NCBI GenBank assembly: GCA_965645245.1
Contig: OZ287077.1
Location: 620,001 to 684,000, forward strand
Length of the DNA stretch: 64,000 nt
DNA from: Massalongia carnosa
Taxonomy: Eukaryota
Reading direction: 5' to 3'
Under the pieces are notes generated by a model. It searched no databases. It saw only the letters and a list, made by a program, of their open reading frames with translations, and was not told where the DNA came from. Both the position numbers and the translations under genes were made by a program. Below, piece by piece: positions 24,395-36,357 of this stretch. Numbering within the stretch: the stretch's first letter is position 1; each line of letters begins with the position of its first letter.

Positions 24395-27300
24395 ACTTTA
24401 CTACGCACGTTATATGAGTCGTTGCTTGACGTAGCAAGAAGAAGATTCGAGATCATACCTAGCACTTTGAGTGGAAGATGGTCAAACACCGGCGTAAATC
24501 ATCGACCGGTTGATGTCCAAGCATGCCCACAGTTCCGAATTATATTTGATGCTTGATAGGGCAAGATCATGCGAGGAGCACGTGCAATTCTATTAGAAAT
24601 CGAAAAGAAGGAAGCGGCGTCGATGGTGTGCCTAACGATCCTTCTTGTCATACAGGATTATAACCACTTTGGAGGATGCAAGAAAGCTGAAAGTTCAAGA
24701 CATTTTACATATCAGCAGAGCTCCTAACTACGAGGTTCAATCGGGGATAGCCTTGTCGCTTCGTAAGGGTTGCTGATCCAGGTTGGACCGAACAAGATGT
24801 TCCGCTGCACTGCCTAGTGTTGACAGTCTTCTCTTCTCAAAAGTGGTGCCTGGAAAGTGATGGTGGGGGAAGCATTTACCACGTGGGGTGGGACACACCC
24901 TCATAACTAGTTCGACAAAGCGGGAAGAAGTCGACGACATTGATTCCTAATGCCTTGGAACCTTGCCTGAGGTAAGGCTGACATAGCCCCAAGCTCGTCG
25001 GTGATAACGATGAAGTGCTTGAAACCGAGAGCGTGGTACCCTGGACCCGGATGCAGCATTAGCAGCTTATCCTTGATCCGTGCCCACGAATCGGACAGGA
25101 CTGTGGCTGATGTCCTTCTGGGGAAAACTCGCGAGTAGCGGCTTCCTAACCCATGAGTAGACGTCATCGTCGACGTCGCCTAAGAAAATGCCATAGGAGG
25201 ACCACCAAGGAAACTCGACAGTTTAGTTCAACACGTGGTGGCACAACCACAAGCTACTAACCCAACTGGTGAGCCTCGGTATTTCAGTAGCCGCACACCA
25301 TACGGTTGCTCTAGAGCTAAGGTCATCATGTGAGTCGACATAGCGCCATCTCTTACCTAACCCATGTGCGGGGCGGCGCGTACCACAACGACACATGGAT
25401 GTTGAAACTTGAGGCTTGATTGAAGATGCAGCTAGTTGGAGCGAAACTCAGGTCATACAACATAGTACGGATTAGTCAAAACAGTCAAATAACAAGCCCC
25501 GATGCTGATACCAAGCTCTCGGCGGATTGAACCCGGAAGTGGTCCGATCGACATGGCCACTGTTCAGTGGAATGGAATCTTGAGGAGCTTACAGAGTACT
25601 CGATGCTTGTTGAGCGCCCACAAACTCCGGCCAGTACAGAGTATCACAAGCTTCTTGCCACATCTCTATTCTGTAGTCGTCTCCCCTCTACCTCCAAGCC
25701 CCTGACGCTAGGTAGGTATGTCGATTCCTTGTTAGCGCTTATGCACAGACGTTGGTGATGCCGAAGGGTGCTTCAGCTCCATCCTCGGAACGAGATAGCT
25801 TTGAACGGGATGACTATAAACAGAACTGCTTGGCCAGTGACGAGTTGATCTGGACAGCGTGACGATCTTCAAACACTGTTGATCCAGGCTGGACGCCTTA
25901 ACCCCCAAAATATTCTTGTTCATCCCATTGGTAACCGCTGGATTTCGTAGGTGCTCGTTCTGGCCTATGTATTGTGTTGAAGACTAATAGCACTTGACGA
26001 CGAAACGGGAACTTTGGGTTGCCCTAGGTCTCCGCCCGAAGAACTCTAAATCTTTCAACCAGAGTGTCGGTGAGGCAACAAGTGTTGATGTAAGAAGTGG
26101 CAAAATGTTAACTGGATTGAGGATACGTTGAGGAATCATATCGGCCGGAAGACATGAGGACTGCCGAAGACTAGTTACCGCGTAGGTACTATGTAGAGTG
26201 TGAAAGCCTGGTACCCATTCATGTAGCTTCCTGTCTCTGCTACTTCGCATCTTCGGAAGCATAGCTCCGGGCCCATAAATCGCAGTACGGTACTTTTGAA
26301 CCGGCAGGTTACAGAAGTGGGAAAGCGGACGGGGAGGGAATCATAGCTCACATCCGGAACCGAAGCAGAAGGTATTCCCGATAATGCGACTCCCGCCGAC
26401 GAACGTGCGTCACGTGGGGACAACTAACTCCAGTGTCTATGCAGGCTTGTAGAAAGCGATATCTAGGCACCCCCCACTGGCACACGTGCAAGAAGATATT
26501 CCAGCAATGTTACACCGCTACGCCGCCGATGATCTGTCTACATATACCATCTGTCATCACCATACATCTGCAGCAAATGTCTTCCTTCCAACCAATCCAC
26601 CCAAAACCTCGGCGAGCTGGATCCGGCCTGGCCGTTTATCCGACCTCCGATTCCCGACTCCCGACCTCCGACCTTCGGCCCTTCCATCGTCTTTGGTACC
26701 GAGCCTCCTTGGCACAAGCCATAAAACAACCAAGCGAGATGAAGGGCTTCATGGTCTGAACGTCACCCAACGATCGCTGTTACACGAGTCTTTACGGTGG
26801 ACTTTGCCATTTTGTCGAAATCTTCTACGCGTAGTATAACCTGAACTAATTTCCCGGAGATGAGAGTAGCCTGAGCAAGAAAGTACCCTGGATGGTGGTA
26901 AGCCGATGGGTCGGTGAGTGGCTCCCTTAAGGGTTTTCCAACTCTACCTAGTTAGGTAGCCTGCATTCAGAGACGGTGGTTGGATTTTTAGCCCCCACAG
27001 TGGAGAAATAAGATTCCAGTTGGGGGTTTGAAACGAAGAGGCTTGGCTGCGCCAAAGGGCCTACGTGTTCAACCTCGTGCTTGTGAGGAATGTAAGATTT
27101 CTGACTTACTCCGGCTATGCTCCTTTAGGTATCCCATTCTCATGCCTCTTTTGTTTTTGATATTGACATTTTGCCGAGCTTGCCTATTCTCAGTCATCCA
27201 TATTATCTTTCATTACACCACGTCCCATTTTTTCTCTTTTTGGTCCATTCTATCTCGCTTCCGCTTCCTTCGTCATGGTTGTACGTTGATGGCGAGAAGA

Positions 27301-27411
27301 TATGATTGACGACACAAAATATAGGACGAGAGGCAAAGGAAGTGTAAAACTAGTTGACACGATAAAAAAGGGGCATTAATATGTGAATGAATTTTATAAA
27401 TGGAAACAAAC

Positions 27412-27682
27412 TGTTGAAATAGGTATATGACTATGGCTATATGGCTATGTAATAATAAAGGTATGTATGACCGTGATGTTAAGGATGAAGAGTTGCTAGG
27501 CAGCAATCTTTTCCTATTACTGGTCACCCCCTTCTAAGCGAGGTGATCTTATCTTATCTTGGGACTAAGCCTAATGCGGCATCTACGGTTTCCATAGATG
27601 ATCTGTCCATCTAGGGCCGTAGGTGCTATGTTCATCGTACTGATAGGTGTTCATTGTGCTGGTAGGAATTGGATATTCAACA
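27412..27682 (-). repeat. 3' LTR (271 bp)
   Basis: Direct repeat of 32754-33027; adjacent to the PPT. Confidence 0.97.
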
Positions 27683-27750
27683 CCCCCCCTCAAGTCCTAC
27701 CAGTACTTGTTTCCATCGTGGATTCAACCGTGGTTGAACTTCTTTACCTC

Positions 27751-30700
27751 TCATGTCTGTTTGTCCATGTTGAGCTGTCTGATAAAGGAGAAGAACTTGA
27801 CGTGCGTGAGGGTTTTTGTCAGTCCATCTGCAATCATGTCTTCGGTCGGAACATAGGTGAGGTCGATTCTTTCTTCTAGCACCTCGTTTCGTATGAAGTA
27901 GTGCTGAATGTCGATATACTTGGTCCTGGAGTGTAATACGGGGTTATTGGCCAGTGCTATGGCGCTTTGATTGTCGCCTTTCAATGCAATTGTGCCTTCT
28001 CCTCTTAACACGTTTATTGTCGGGGATCCGTCATCAGAAGCCATCAATCCGAGTTGGGTCATCAGTAAACGTAGCCATGTTGCCTCCTTTGCTGCTAAGG
28101 TGAATGCCATATACTCTGCTTCGGTTGATGACAATGTGACGGTTGTTTGTCTTTTGGAACACCAGCTTATTGGTCCATTGTTCAGCATGAACACATAACC
28201 TCAGTTGGATTTTCGCTGCTATTTGTCGAAGGTGATGTCTCTATTCTTGGTACCGCTAAGGTATCTGAGAATGTGTTTGGCCGCTTCCATATTTGTTTTG
28301 CCTGGATTCTTTGCATGTCGACTGATTACGGACGTTGCGAAAGCTATGTCAGGCTTGGTTTCTATCATTGCGAACGTGATGGATCCGACCATGGTTTGAT
28401 ATTGCTTTATGTCCTTGTCGGAGTCCTGAAATTCATTGATGAAGAGACAGCCTTCTCGCATGGGAGTGCTTTATGGTTTTGTTGACTCGATCTCGTTCGA
28501 CTTTAAGGCCTAGATAGTAGCTGATTGGTCCCATGTCTACCATCTTGAAAGCTAGCTTGAGCTGTTTCTTGACTTCGGTGATCATCGGGGAACCCTTTGG
28601 GCCTATGATGTTCAAATCGTCAACGAAAGAGGTAACAATGTGTCCTTTTATCCCTTGAGGTGTGACGAAAATGTTATGATCTGCGTGGAGTTTCTCCAAT
28701 CCTAATTTGCTCAATAGAAAAGCTGACAGTCATTCATACCAGAGACGCGGAGACTGTTCAAACCGTACAGGGCTTTGTTCAACCTACACACCATGCCAGC
28801 TGTGTCATATCCTTTCGGCATGTGGACATAGATGAGTTGATAATGAGACCGTTCAGAAAAGCTGTCACTATATCCAGTCGCTCGATGTACAGATAGTGAT
28901 GAGCAGCTAACGCGAATAGCAAGCGAAAAGCCATTGTTTGACCATAGATGCAAAGGTTTGATCGAAATCTACTCAGTATTGTTGTAGATATCCTTTGACA
29001 ACCCATCTGGCTTTAAAGCGAACGATCTTTTCATTTACGTCCCGTTTCAGCTTGAATACTCATTTGCCACTTAAGACTATATGTCCGGGTTCCATGGACT
29101 CGGTAGGTAATGTATCCCAGGTTTTATTCTCCAGTAGATTTTTGATCTCATCCATTACCCAGACTGACTCCATTCGTTTGCGTATTTGGAGTTCATTGCT
29201 TGATGATATGTTGAGTCGTACGTGGGTAGATCGGTCCCATCTTTGAATGTGGCGTCTTCATGAATTCGTAAGTCCTTGACCCTGATGACCTTGTAGTCTT
29301 TTTCCATAAAGACGCGATAGATGGTGCTTCTGTCATATCCACACAGGATTCCTTTCTGAGCCCTCGGAGAAAATTTAGCAGCCTTGCTGTTTATTCCTTT
29401 TCGCTCTTTTTCGTGAATTAATGCATAGACTGTAGATCCGAGAATTCTCAGGTGATCCAGCTTAGGTGACTTCTTCTCGAAGATCTCATACGGGGTTTTA
29501 CCTGCTAAGGCGTTGGTTGGTCTGATGTTCTTGGTGTGAACCATGGCTAGAACCACTTCTGCCCACAAGTAGTCTGGAATGTCTCCGGCAATGACACTGC
29601 ATCTTGTCATGTCCATGATGGTTCTGCCCATTCGTTCCGCGACTCCGTTTTCCTCTTGAGTATGGAGCAGCTGTTTCAAACGTTATGCCTTGTTCCAAGG
29701 ACCAAACGTCTGACTTGTGACTGCGAAGCTCCGTGCCGAAGTCAGTGCGAAAACTGCTTATGAGTTTAGCCTTTCCGGATTTGTTTTGAGCCATGCTGTA
29801 GTATGTCAACAAGTGATCAAACCATTCACTCTTCTTGTGTCCGGTATAGACATGAGTGTATCTGCTAGCATCACAGGTGAAAGTGAAGAAGTAAAGTTCT
29901 TCAAGAAGTCCTGATGGCTTGATTAGTCCCACTAGGTCAGAGTTTATCTTTTGAAAGAGCTCTGTGGCCTTCTCTTGCCGTGTTCGGTTGTATATCTTTT
30001 TGGCTTTTCCCATTTCGCATGCATGGAAAAACCAACCGTGGTTGATATCGTCATCGTACGTTATGTCTAGCGTTTTCAGATATTTTCGACACGTTGCTAT
30101 GTTGAGATGACCAAGCCTTCCATGCCATGTAGTGAGTTTTGATTTGACAGATAATGCCGTCCAGTCCTTGATAGGTGTCCTCGTCCACTTTGCTCAACTG
30201 CATCCTCAAATCTGGAGTGTCAATGGTCGTTGGAATGTTGGTTGAAGTATGAGATAAGTCCGCCCTTCGTTTCTAACGAGGTAGTCTTTTGTTTCTTTGC
30301 TCTTCCGGATTCGAGCGAACTTCTATGTCTTTTTAACTGTGGAAACTTCTGTAAACAGGTATCTAGCCAATGACGAGTGTTCTTTCTCTTGACACATTAA
30401 GAGAAGGTGCAGTTCCCTGATGGGGCTCGACCTCTTGAGTGAGGTGTGCTGATATGAAGTGCCTTGGTGATTTTCATGTTGACATAATAAGCAATAATGG
30501 TCTTCATTGCTTCCGACAGGTTTGTGGTTTCGTATGTTCAATCTCGTCGAAGTTGGGCTATCAATGGGGAATAGACGTCTGGTGTTACCCAGCATCATTC
30601 CCTTAAGCATAAACTCCACGGTATGCACATCCACTTTGGCCTTGTCGTCCAGTATTCCTTTAATCTTGTTTAAAGCGCTCTCGTAATATGCACAGTATAG

Positions 30701-31132
30701 ACTGGTCGTCTCGAAGTCGGTCATCTTCTTGGAACTAACCTTCAGAATGATGTCGCTGATGCTCATTGGTGCTATATCTTGGAATCTATCCTTCAGGATT
30801 TTCCACATTTCTGCCGCATTCTTGTTGTCGATGAGGCTGTAATGGCACTCCGCAACTAATCCGTGAATGATTCCTATAGCCTTGGTCATCTCGGCCTTCT
30901 GTCTATTCTTCTAGTCACGCAGATCTTTTACCAAGATGCTGACTGAAATACCTTTGGCGTCGAAGCCTGCTTGTATTAAACCTTCCTTGATGGTTTCAGC
31001 GGTGATTTCTGATTGATTCTCCAGAATGGCTCCTTCGCAGTTGTTCTTGAGCAGAATGCCTTTCGTATAGCTTGCCCATGCCGAATATCTTTCGGCTTTC
31101 TCCAAAAGATGTGACGTATCTATGATAGACAT
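27751..31132 (-). pseudogene. Degenerate copia gag-pol
   Basis: Fragments in several frames: gag (AAEMWKILKDRF), WHGRLGHLN, integrase (SDLVG, FRTDFGTE, ENGVAERMGRT), RT (IVTAFLNG, LNKALYGL, SFVDDL), RNase H (SSTEAEYMA, GDNQSAI, DMIADGLTK). Stops, frameshifts and deletions present; no protease motif found. Confidence 0.92.
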
Positions 31133-31546
31133 AATGGGAGAATGGGGAGCAATTGAACAAGGCGAGAAACTTAGTAGTGACTGAAAGGATCTGGATCTGT
31201 GACCTTTATGCTTGTTTGCCATGATGAGAATTTCAACTTCGGCTTTTTCAAGGGTCCAATTGCCTAGAAGCAAATTGAGCGCAGGGTTATTCCAATTTGA
31301 TTTACCGACTTTAGGCCGGTTAAATAATAAGAGGCAACTGCCGCACAATCTCATCTAGTGCCTTAAGAAGGCATAATTGCCAAAAAGAAAGGTCTTTGTG
31401 CCTTCGATCAATGAGTTTACTAAGCTCTTTGATGTCCGAGGGATTTTGTATTTTTTGCGTGTCCAGAACTCAACCACGGGTGAAACTGACGCTTTGATGA
31501 TTTTTGAACCAATGCGGCGCTCAGGGCCAGCAATATACTTTTTTTT

Positions 31547-32504
31547 GCCTTCGACCATCGAGCTTAGCGAGCTCTTCTGGTGTCCGAGGACTTCGGTGCC
31601 TTCGACCATCGAGCATAGCAAGCTCTTTTGGTGTCCGAGGACTTGAGTGCCTTCGACCATCGAGCATAGCAAGCTCTTTTGGTGTCCGAGGACTTCGGTG
31701 CCTTCGACCATCGAGCATAGCAAGCTCTTCTGGTGTCCAAGGACCTGGGTGCCTTCGACCATCGAGCTTAGCAAGCTCTTTGGTGTCCGAGGGCTTGAGT
31801 GCCTTCGACCATCGGGCTTAGCAAGCTCTTTGGTGTCCGAGGACTTGATTGCCTTCGACCATCGAGCTTAGCAAGCTCTTTGGTGTCCGAGGACTTAAGT
31901 GCCTTCGACCATCGAGCTTAGCAAGCTCTTCTGGTGTCCGAGGACTTGGGTGCCTTCGACCATCGAGCTTAGCAAGCTCTTCTGGTGTCCGAGGACTTGG
32001 GTGCCTTCGACCATCGAGCTTAGCAAGCTCTTCTGGTGTCCGAGGACTTAAGTGCCTTCGACCATCGAGCTTAGCAAGCTCTTCTGGTGTCCGAGGACTT
32101 GGGTGCCTTCGACCATCGAGCTTAGCAAGCTCTTTGGTGTCCGAGGACTTGAGTGCCTTCGACCATCGAGCATTGCAAGCTCTTTGGTGTCCGAGGACTT
32201 GATTGCCTTCGACCATCGAGCTTAGCAAGCTCTTTGGTTTCCGAGGACTTGATTGCCTTCGACCATCGAGCTTAGCAAGCTCTTTGGTGTCCGAGGGCTT
32301 GATTGCCTTCGACCATCGGGCTTAGCAAGCTCTTTGGTGTCCGAGGACTTGATTGCCTTCGACCATCGAGCTTAGCAAGCTCTTTGGTGTCCGAGGGCTT
32401 GAGTGCCTTCGACCATCGAGCTTAGCAAGCTCTTTGGTGTCCGAGGACTTGAGTGCCTTCGACCATCGAGCTTAGCAAGCTCTTTGGTGTCCGAGGGCTT
32501 CGGT
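31547..32504. repeat. Tandem array of 19 x 50/51-bp hairpin-forming units in the copia 5' leader (plus one degenerate unit at ~31400-31447)
   Basis: Unit GCCTTCGACCATCGAGCTTAGCAAGCTCTT(C)TGGTGTCCGAGGACTTNNNT, counted by hand; starts at 31547, 31598, 31649, 31700, 31751, 31801 ... 32455. Confidence 0.97.
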
Positions 32505-32741
32505 GTAGTACGATCAATGTGTTCATGCTCTTTCTAATACGCAGTTTTTGTGCTTCTGACAAGAAATCGCTGTGTACAGAAGAGAGAACTGATTGATGTG
32601 ATTTGAGGGATCGTTTCTAAAGACACAGAAAGATTTTAGTCATGTGTCTACGATTCATTGAATAGGAACGATGCTTAGCTGATTGCACTGCGATGCTGCG
32701 GATTAAAAGCTTCGATTCATTTAAATCGATAGCACCCTTCC

Positions 32742-32753
32742 GGGCTCATAACC
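32742..32753 (-). other. Primer-binding site complementary to the anticodon arm of initiator tRNA-Met (half-tRNA priming)
   Basis: GGTTATGAGCCC immediately follows the 5' LTR on the minus strand; complementary to GGGCUCAUAACC of tRNAi-Met. Confidence 0.85.
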
Positions 32754-33027
32754 TGTTGAAATAGGTATATGACTATGGCTATATGGCTATGTAATAATAA
32801 AGGTATGTATGACCGTGATGTTAAGGATGAAGAGTTGCTAGGCAGCAATCTTTTCCTATTACTGGTCACCCCCTTCTAAGCGAGGTGATCTTATCTTATC
32901 TTGGGACTAAGCCTAATGCGGCATCTACGGTTTCCATAGATGATCTGTCCATCTAGGGCAGCCGTAGGTGCTATGTTCATCGTACTGATAGGTGTTCATT
33001 GTGCTGGTAGGAATTGGATATTCAACA
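32754..33027 (-). repeat. 5' LTR (274 bp)
   Basis: Identical to 27412-27682 by eye except a 3-bp indel (ctagggCAGccgt vs ctagggccgt). Confidence 0.97.
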
Positions 33028-34155
33028 CAAACCAATTATCAACAAAAACAATATCGAAGCGGGTATGAGAACAAAAACTTGGACTTTACGAGTTACGGAA
33101 GTTGAGAAACCTCTGACGAAACGCAAGCCGACCTCTTCACTTTTCATGTGTCCATCTATCTACCTTTACTGATCCTCATTCAATCCCATAACTACCTTGC
33201 AGGCAGAATTTCAGGCAAGGAACAAACACGATGAGGATACACGAGGAGAAGAGCAAGGGAAAAACGCGAGAACTAAAGGAGAGCCCATGGACAACTGAAA
33301 CCCTTCTCCGCCGACGAAAGCCTAACCTTGCTACTCGAAATTTTGAGGCAACAACAACAAAAACAATCTTCGCAACGAAAAACCAACCTTGCCCATTCCC
33401 TCTACTCATCATAATGCTAGCCAGGCAGACCAGAAGCGATGATAGCTATGGGAAGCGTGAAAAAGGAAATCGGGAGAAGCTTTGTCTGTGGGCCGATTTT
33501 TCTTATATGTAAGATGTATATATATACATTTACTTTACACCTAGAGCTGAGAATCGAGTTTGGGAAAATCCTATCTCTTATATATACATCATATGTAGGT
33601 TTCTTTGACACCTAGATGTGAAAATTCGAGATACCTAACTAGCTAGGTAGGTAGGTAGGTATTCTATCCCATTCAAGATGAATTGGGGTGTTGGATGTTT
33701 GTACTGTTGTAGATAACAAGGTACCTAGGTAGGAGGGGAATGAGCTGTCTGTGCTCTGTACGGCTAGCTACCTATTATGATTACATAGGTGTGAGAGTGA
33801 GTAAATGTGTTCGTGCAGACATGGTGGGTGGGCACGATGAACGATGAATCTGCTGGAAGAAAATTGTGTCGTTAATACTAACAGCTTGGTCTTCAAGGTG
33901 TGAAGTGATGTACCGCCAGAAGCTCTGAGGGGGGAAACAATGATCATGGTGATATCACTCCGAGAAGTCAAAAAACCCTCGGATTAGGCTTAACCCCAAG
34001 CCCATGTATTTTGTTATCGGTCTTACAGGAAAGAGTTTAACGGAATCTTACACTACGTGCATGTATCAAGGAAGAACAAAAAACCCTTGGGTTCTCATCC
34101 TACACGCTCCCGCCCTGTTCCCATGCGCCTACCCCAAACACCCTCCCGATTCCCC

Positions 34156-36357
34156 TCATTTCTCCTCCCCACCACCTAGCCCCTCGGTCTCTGCCATCAC
34201 CGGCGTCGGCGTCGGATCCTTCCCCCCTCCCGGCCCTTCCAAGCTCAGCCCACTATCATCCTTGGGCCCCCCATCCCCGAGTTCGTCGGGCTGGAAAAGC
34301 ACTTGCAAGTTGTTGCCGTCGTCAATCTTGTCAAATAGGTTCAGCTGGCTCTTGGACGCAATGCGTAGCGTGCGCCACAGCTTGCTCGCGCGCGCGTTCA
34401 GCGCGAGCTGCTTGTCTTCGTCTGACCGGGCCATTTCGGCGTCGAACTCGTCATCCGCAATGGGGCCGCGAAAGGATTCGGCGGGGGGGATGGCGGATCT
34501 GGTGCCAATAGCGTCAGTATGGGTGACCGCACTTTTTTACTTTGAGCTAGGCGGTTGCGATTTTCATGCCTTACCTATCGGGATGCTTCAGTTTTTCTAA
34601 TCCATCCGCATTGTCGCCATCAGAGAGAAATCTAAGGTCTAAAGAGCCCATGGGCGTGGCGCGGAGTTTCTTGTTGGTGCATGCTTTCTGCGCTCCCCGT
34701 TTCGCACCGATGAAATCATTAGCTGAGACGGGGACGCGCTCGATGAGCGGGCAGCCTTCCGCTTTCCAGTGCGCCCAGTTCTTGTCGCGCGAGAGGACGG
34801 TGTCGACCATGCGGTAGTAGAATTTACCTTCTGATCCTTGCTGGAGATATGTGGCGATCTCGGACCGCATATCTGTAGCCCACTTTGCCTAAAGGTTTAT
34901 TGTGTTACCGCAACTCATCGGTTAAGGTAGGATTAGTATACTTACGTCTTCTTCGCTTAGATTGAATGTGTAGAGCACGGATTTGTTCGTAGTATGTTCC
35001 AGCTTCCGTTTTGCTTTTGGAGTGAGGGAGAGGAGAAAGTCAATCAGTATCAGCGCCTGTACAAGGATATGGCGGCGAAACGCAAGGTCGCTAATCTAGG
35101 CGTTGTTAGATCATACAACAATGATTAGTACCCTTCCTACCTCGAGGTCAAACAGATCCCTGCTTGTCAAGTACCGTGGATTGATGCTATTGGACACCTC
35201 ATCCCCGAAGCTGTTGCGCTTCCGTTTCAGAGTTCGCTTGCTATCGTCCAGAAGCCTTGACGTGCCCCTTGCTTGTTGTTCTTGGTGCACTGTCTGAAAC
35301 TTGCGGATGGTTGACTGTAGTCCTTGCCTGAAAGTCTGGAAATGCTTGGTATCGAATAATCGGGTTGGCATGGAAAAGCTTTCTTGAAGGGACCAGAAAA
35401 TTGGATATAGTGCGTCCAGCTCTGAATCATTTGCTTGGACCTTCTCCTGAGAAGCAGCATTGGTACCATTCTCCTGGGAATCACCACTCGCGTGAACTGA
35501 AACCTTGCCTTCCTCTCCTTCAATTTCCATGCCGGTATCTTGAGGAGCCTCCGTTTTGGTTGGAAGATTCTCAAAAACCGTTATATTTTCCACATGATAT
35601 TCCCCTCGTAAATTGACAGAACTTCTGTCACCGAGGGGAAAACTTTGAAACAGAAATATAAAAACTCTACCACAAAATACCGTATCTTCAGCTCGAGAAA
35701 GCCTCCGTAGGAGCTCATTGCAGGCGCGTAAGATTATAAGTTCTTTCTTTTTAAAATGTTTCTACACACATCCGTACCATCAGTCGGTGGACCTCGAGGA
35801 AGGCCATGATTTCCACTAACCGCCGTCATACGCTCCCGTCGGGAATCCAAAAAGTCGAATATACTTCTGCAGCCGTCGATGGTCTGGCTGTCAAGGAGCT
35901 CTTCCACCAGCCAAAAGACAAGACCCGGTTCACATTGTTCTGAAGGCTGCATTAGAATGATGATACTCTGTTAAATTGTGCAATAAAATACCTATATCTG
36001 ATAGAATTGAGATGACATCAAGTAAATTCCATATTTCACCAAAGCCAGGTTCATCAATCGTAGTAGAAGCCTTGATGAGTTAACACAGTGTTCGCTAAGC
36101 AGCCCTAGAAAAAGACTTACTAAAAGATCATAGAAGATGTTTCTGCATGCCGTCTCAATAGCCGCGTAATGCGCTTGGTTGTTCGCGATGAAAGATTTTT
36201 CAGAAAGCTTCCCGATGGCTTCAATCCCTCCATCGAAATCCGATGCACTCAAAGCTGGCTCAATACCAGAGCCAGGCTTTACATGCCGAGCTCGTTTCAA
36301 TAGGTCTTTGAGCGCGATATTATAGGTGTCAACAGAAGCAATGCCATCGCTAGACAT
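34156..36357 (-). CDS. THOC1: THO complex subunit 1, multi-exon
   Basis: LVEELLDSQTIDGC, LRRLSRAEDTVFCGRVFIFLFQSFPLGDRSSVNLRG, YPIFWSLQ, RYLTSRDLFDLE, RDKNWAHWKAEGC, WRTLR. Confidence 0.92.

Larger units (their letters stand above)
27412..33027 (-). mobile_element. Ty1/copia LTR retrotransposon, non-autonomous, with internal tandem array
   Basis: LTRs 27412-27682 and 32754-33027 (TGTTGAA...TTCAACA); 5-bp TSD CAAAC at 27407-27411 and 33028-33032; PBS 32742-32753; PPT (GAGGGGGGG on minus) at 27683-27691; domain order gag-IN-RT-RNaseH. Confidence 0.97.

Noticed and set aside
24400..27400. Short ORFs and a CCGAC-type 7-mer repeat (~26640-26678) upstream of the homeobox gene
   Set aside because: No recognisable protein or splice model; the repeat is short and degenerate.
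31547..32504. CRISPR array
   Set aside because: Units are contiguous with only a few variable nucleotides and no unique spacers; no cas genes; eukaryotic context inside an LTR element.
27412..33027. Retrozyme (hammerhead ribozyme in the LTRs or array)
   Set aside because: No CTGANGA...GAAA core found on either strand of the LTR or the array unit.
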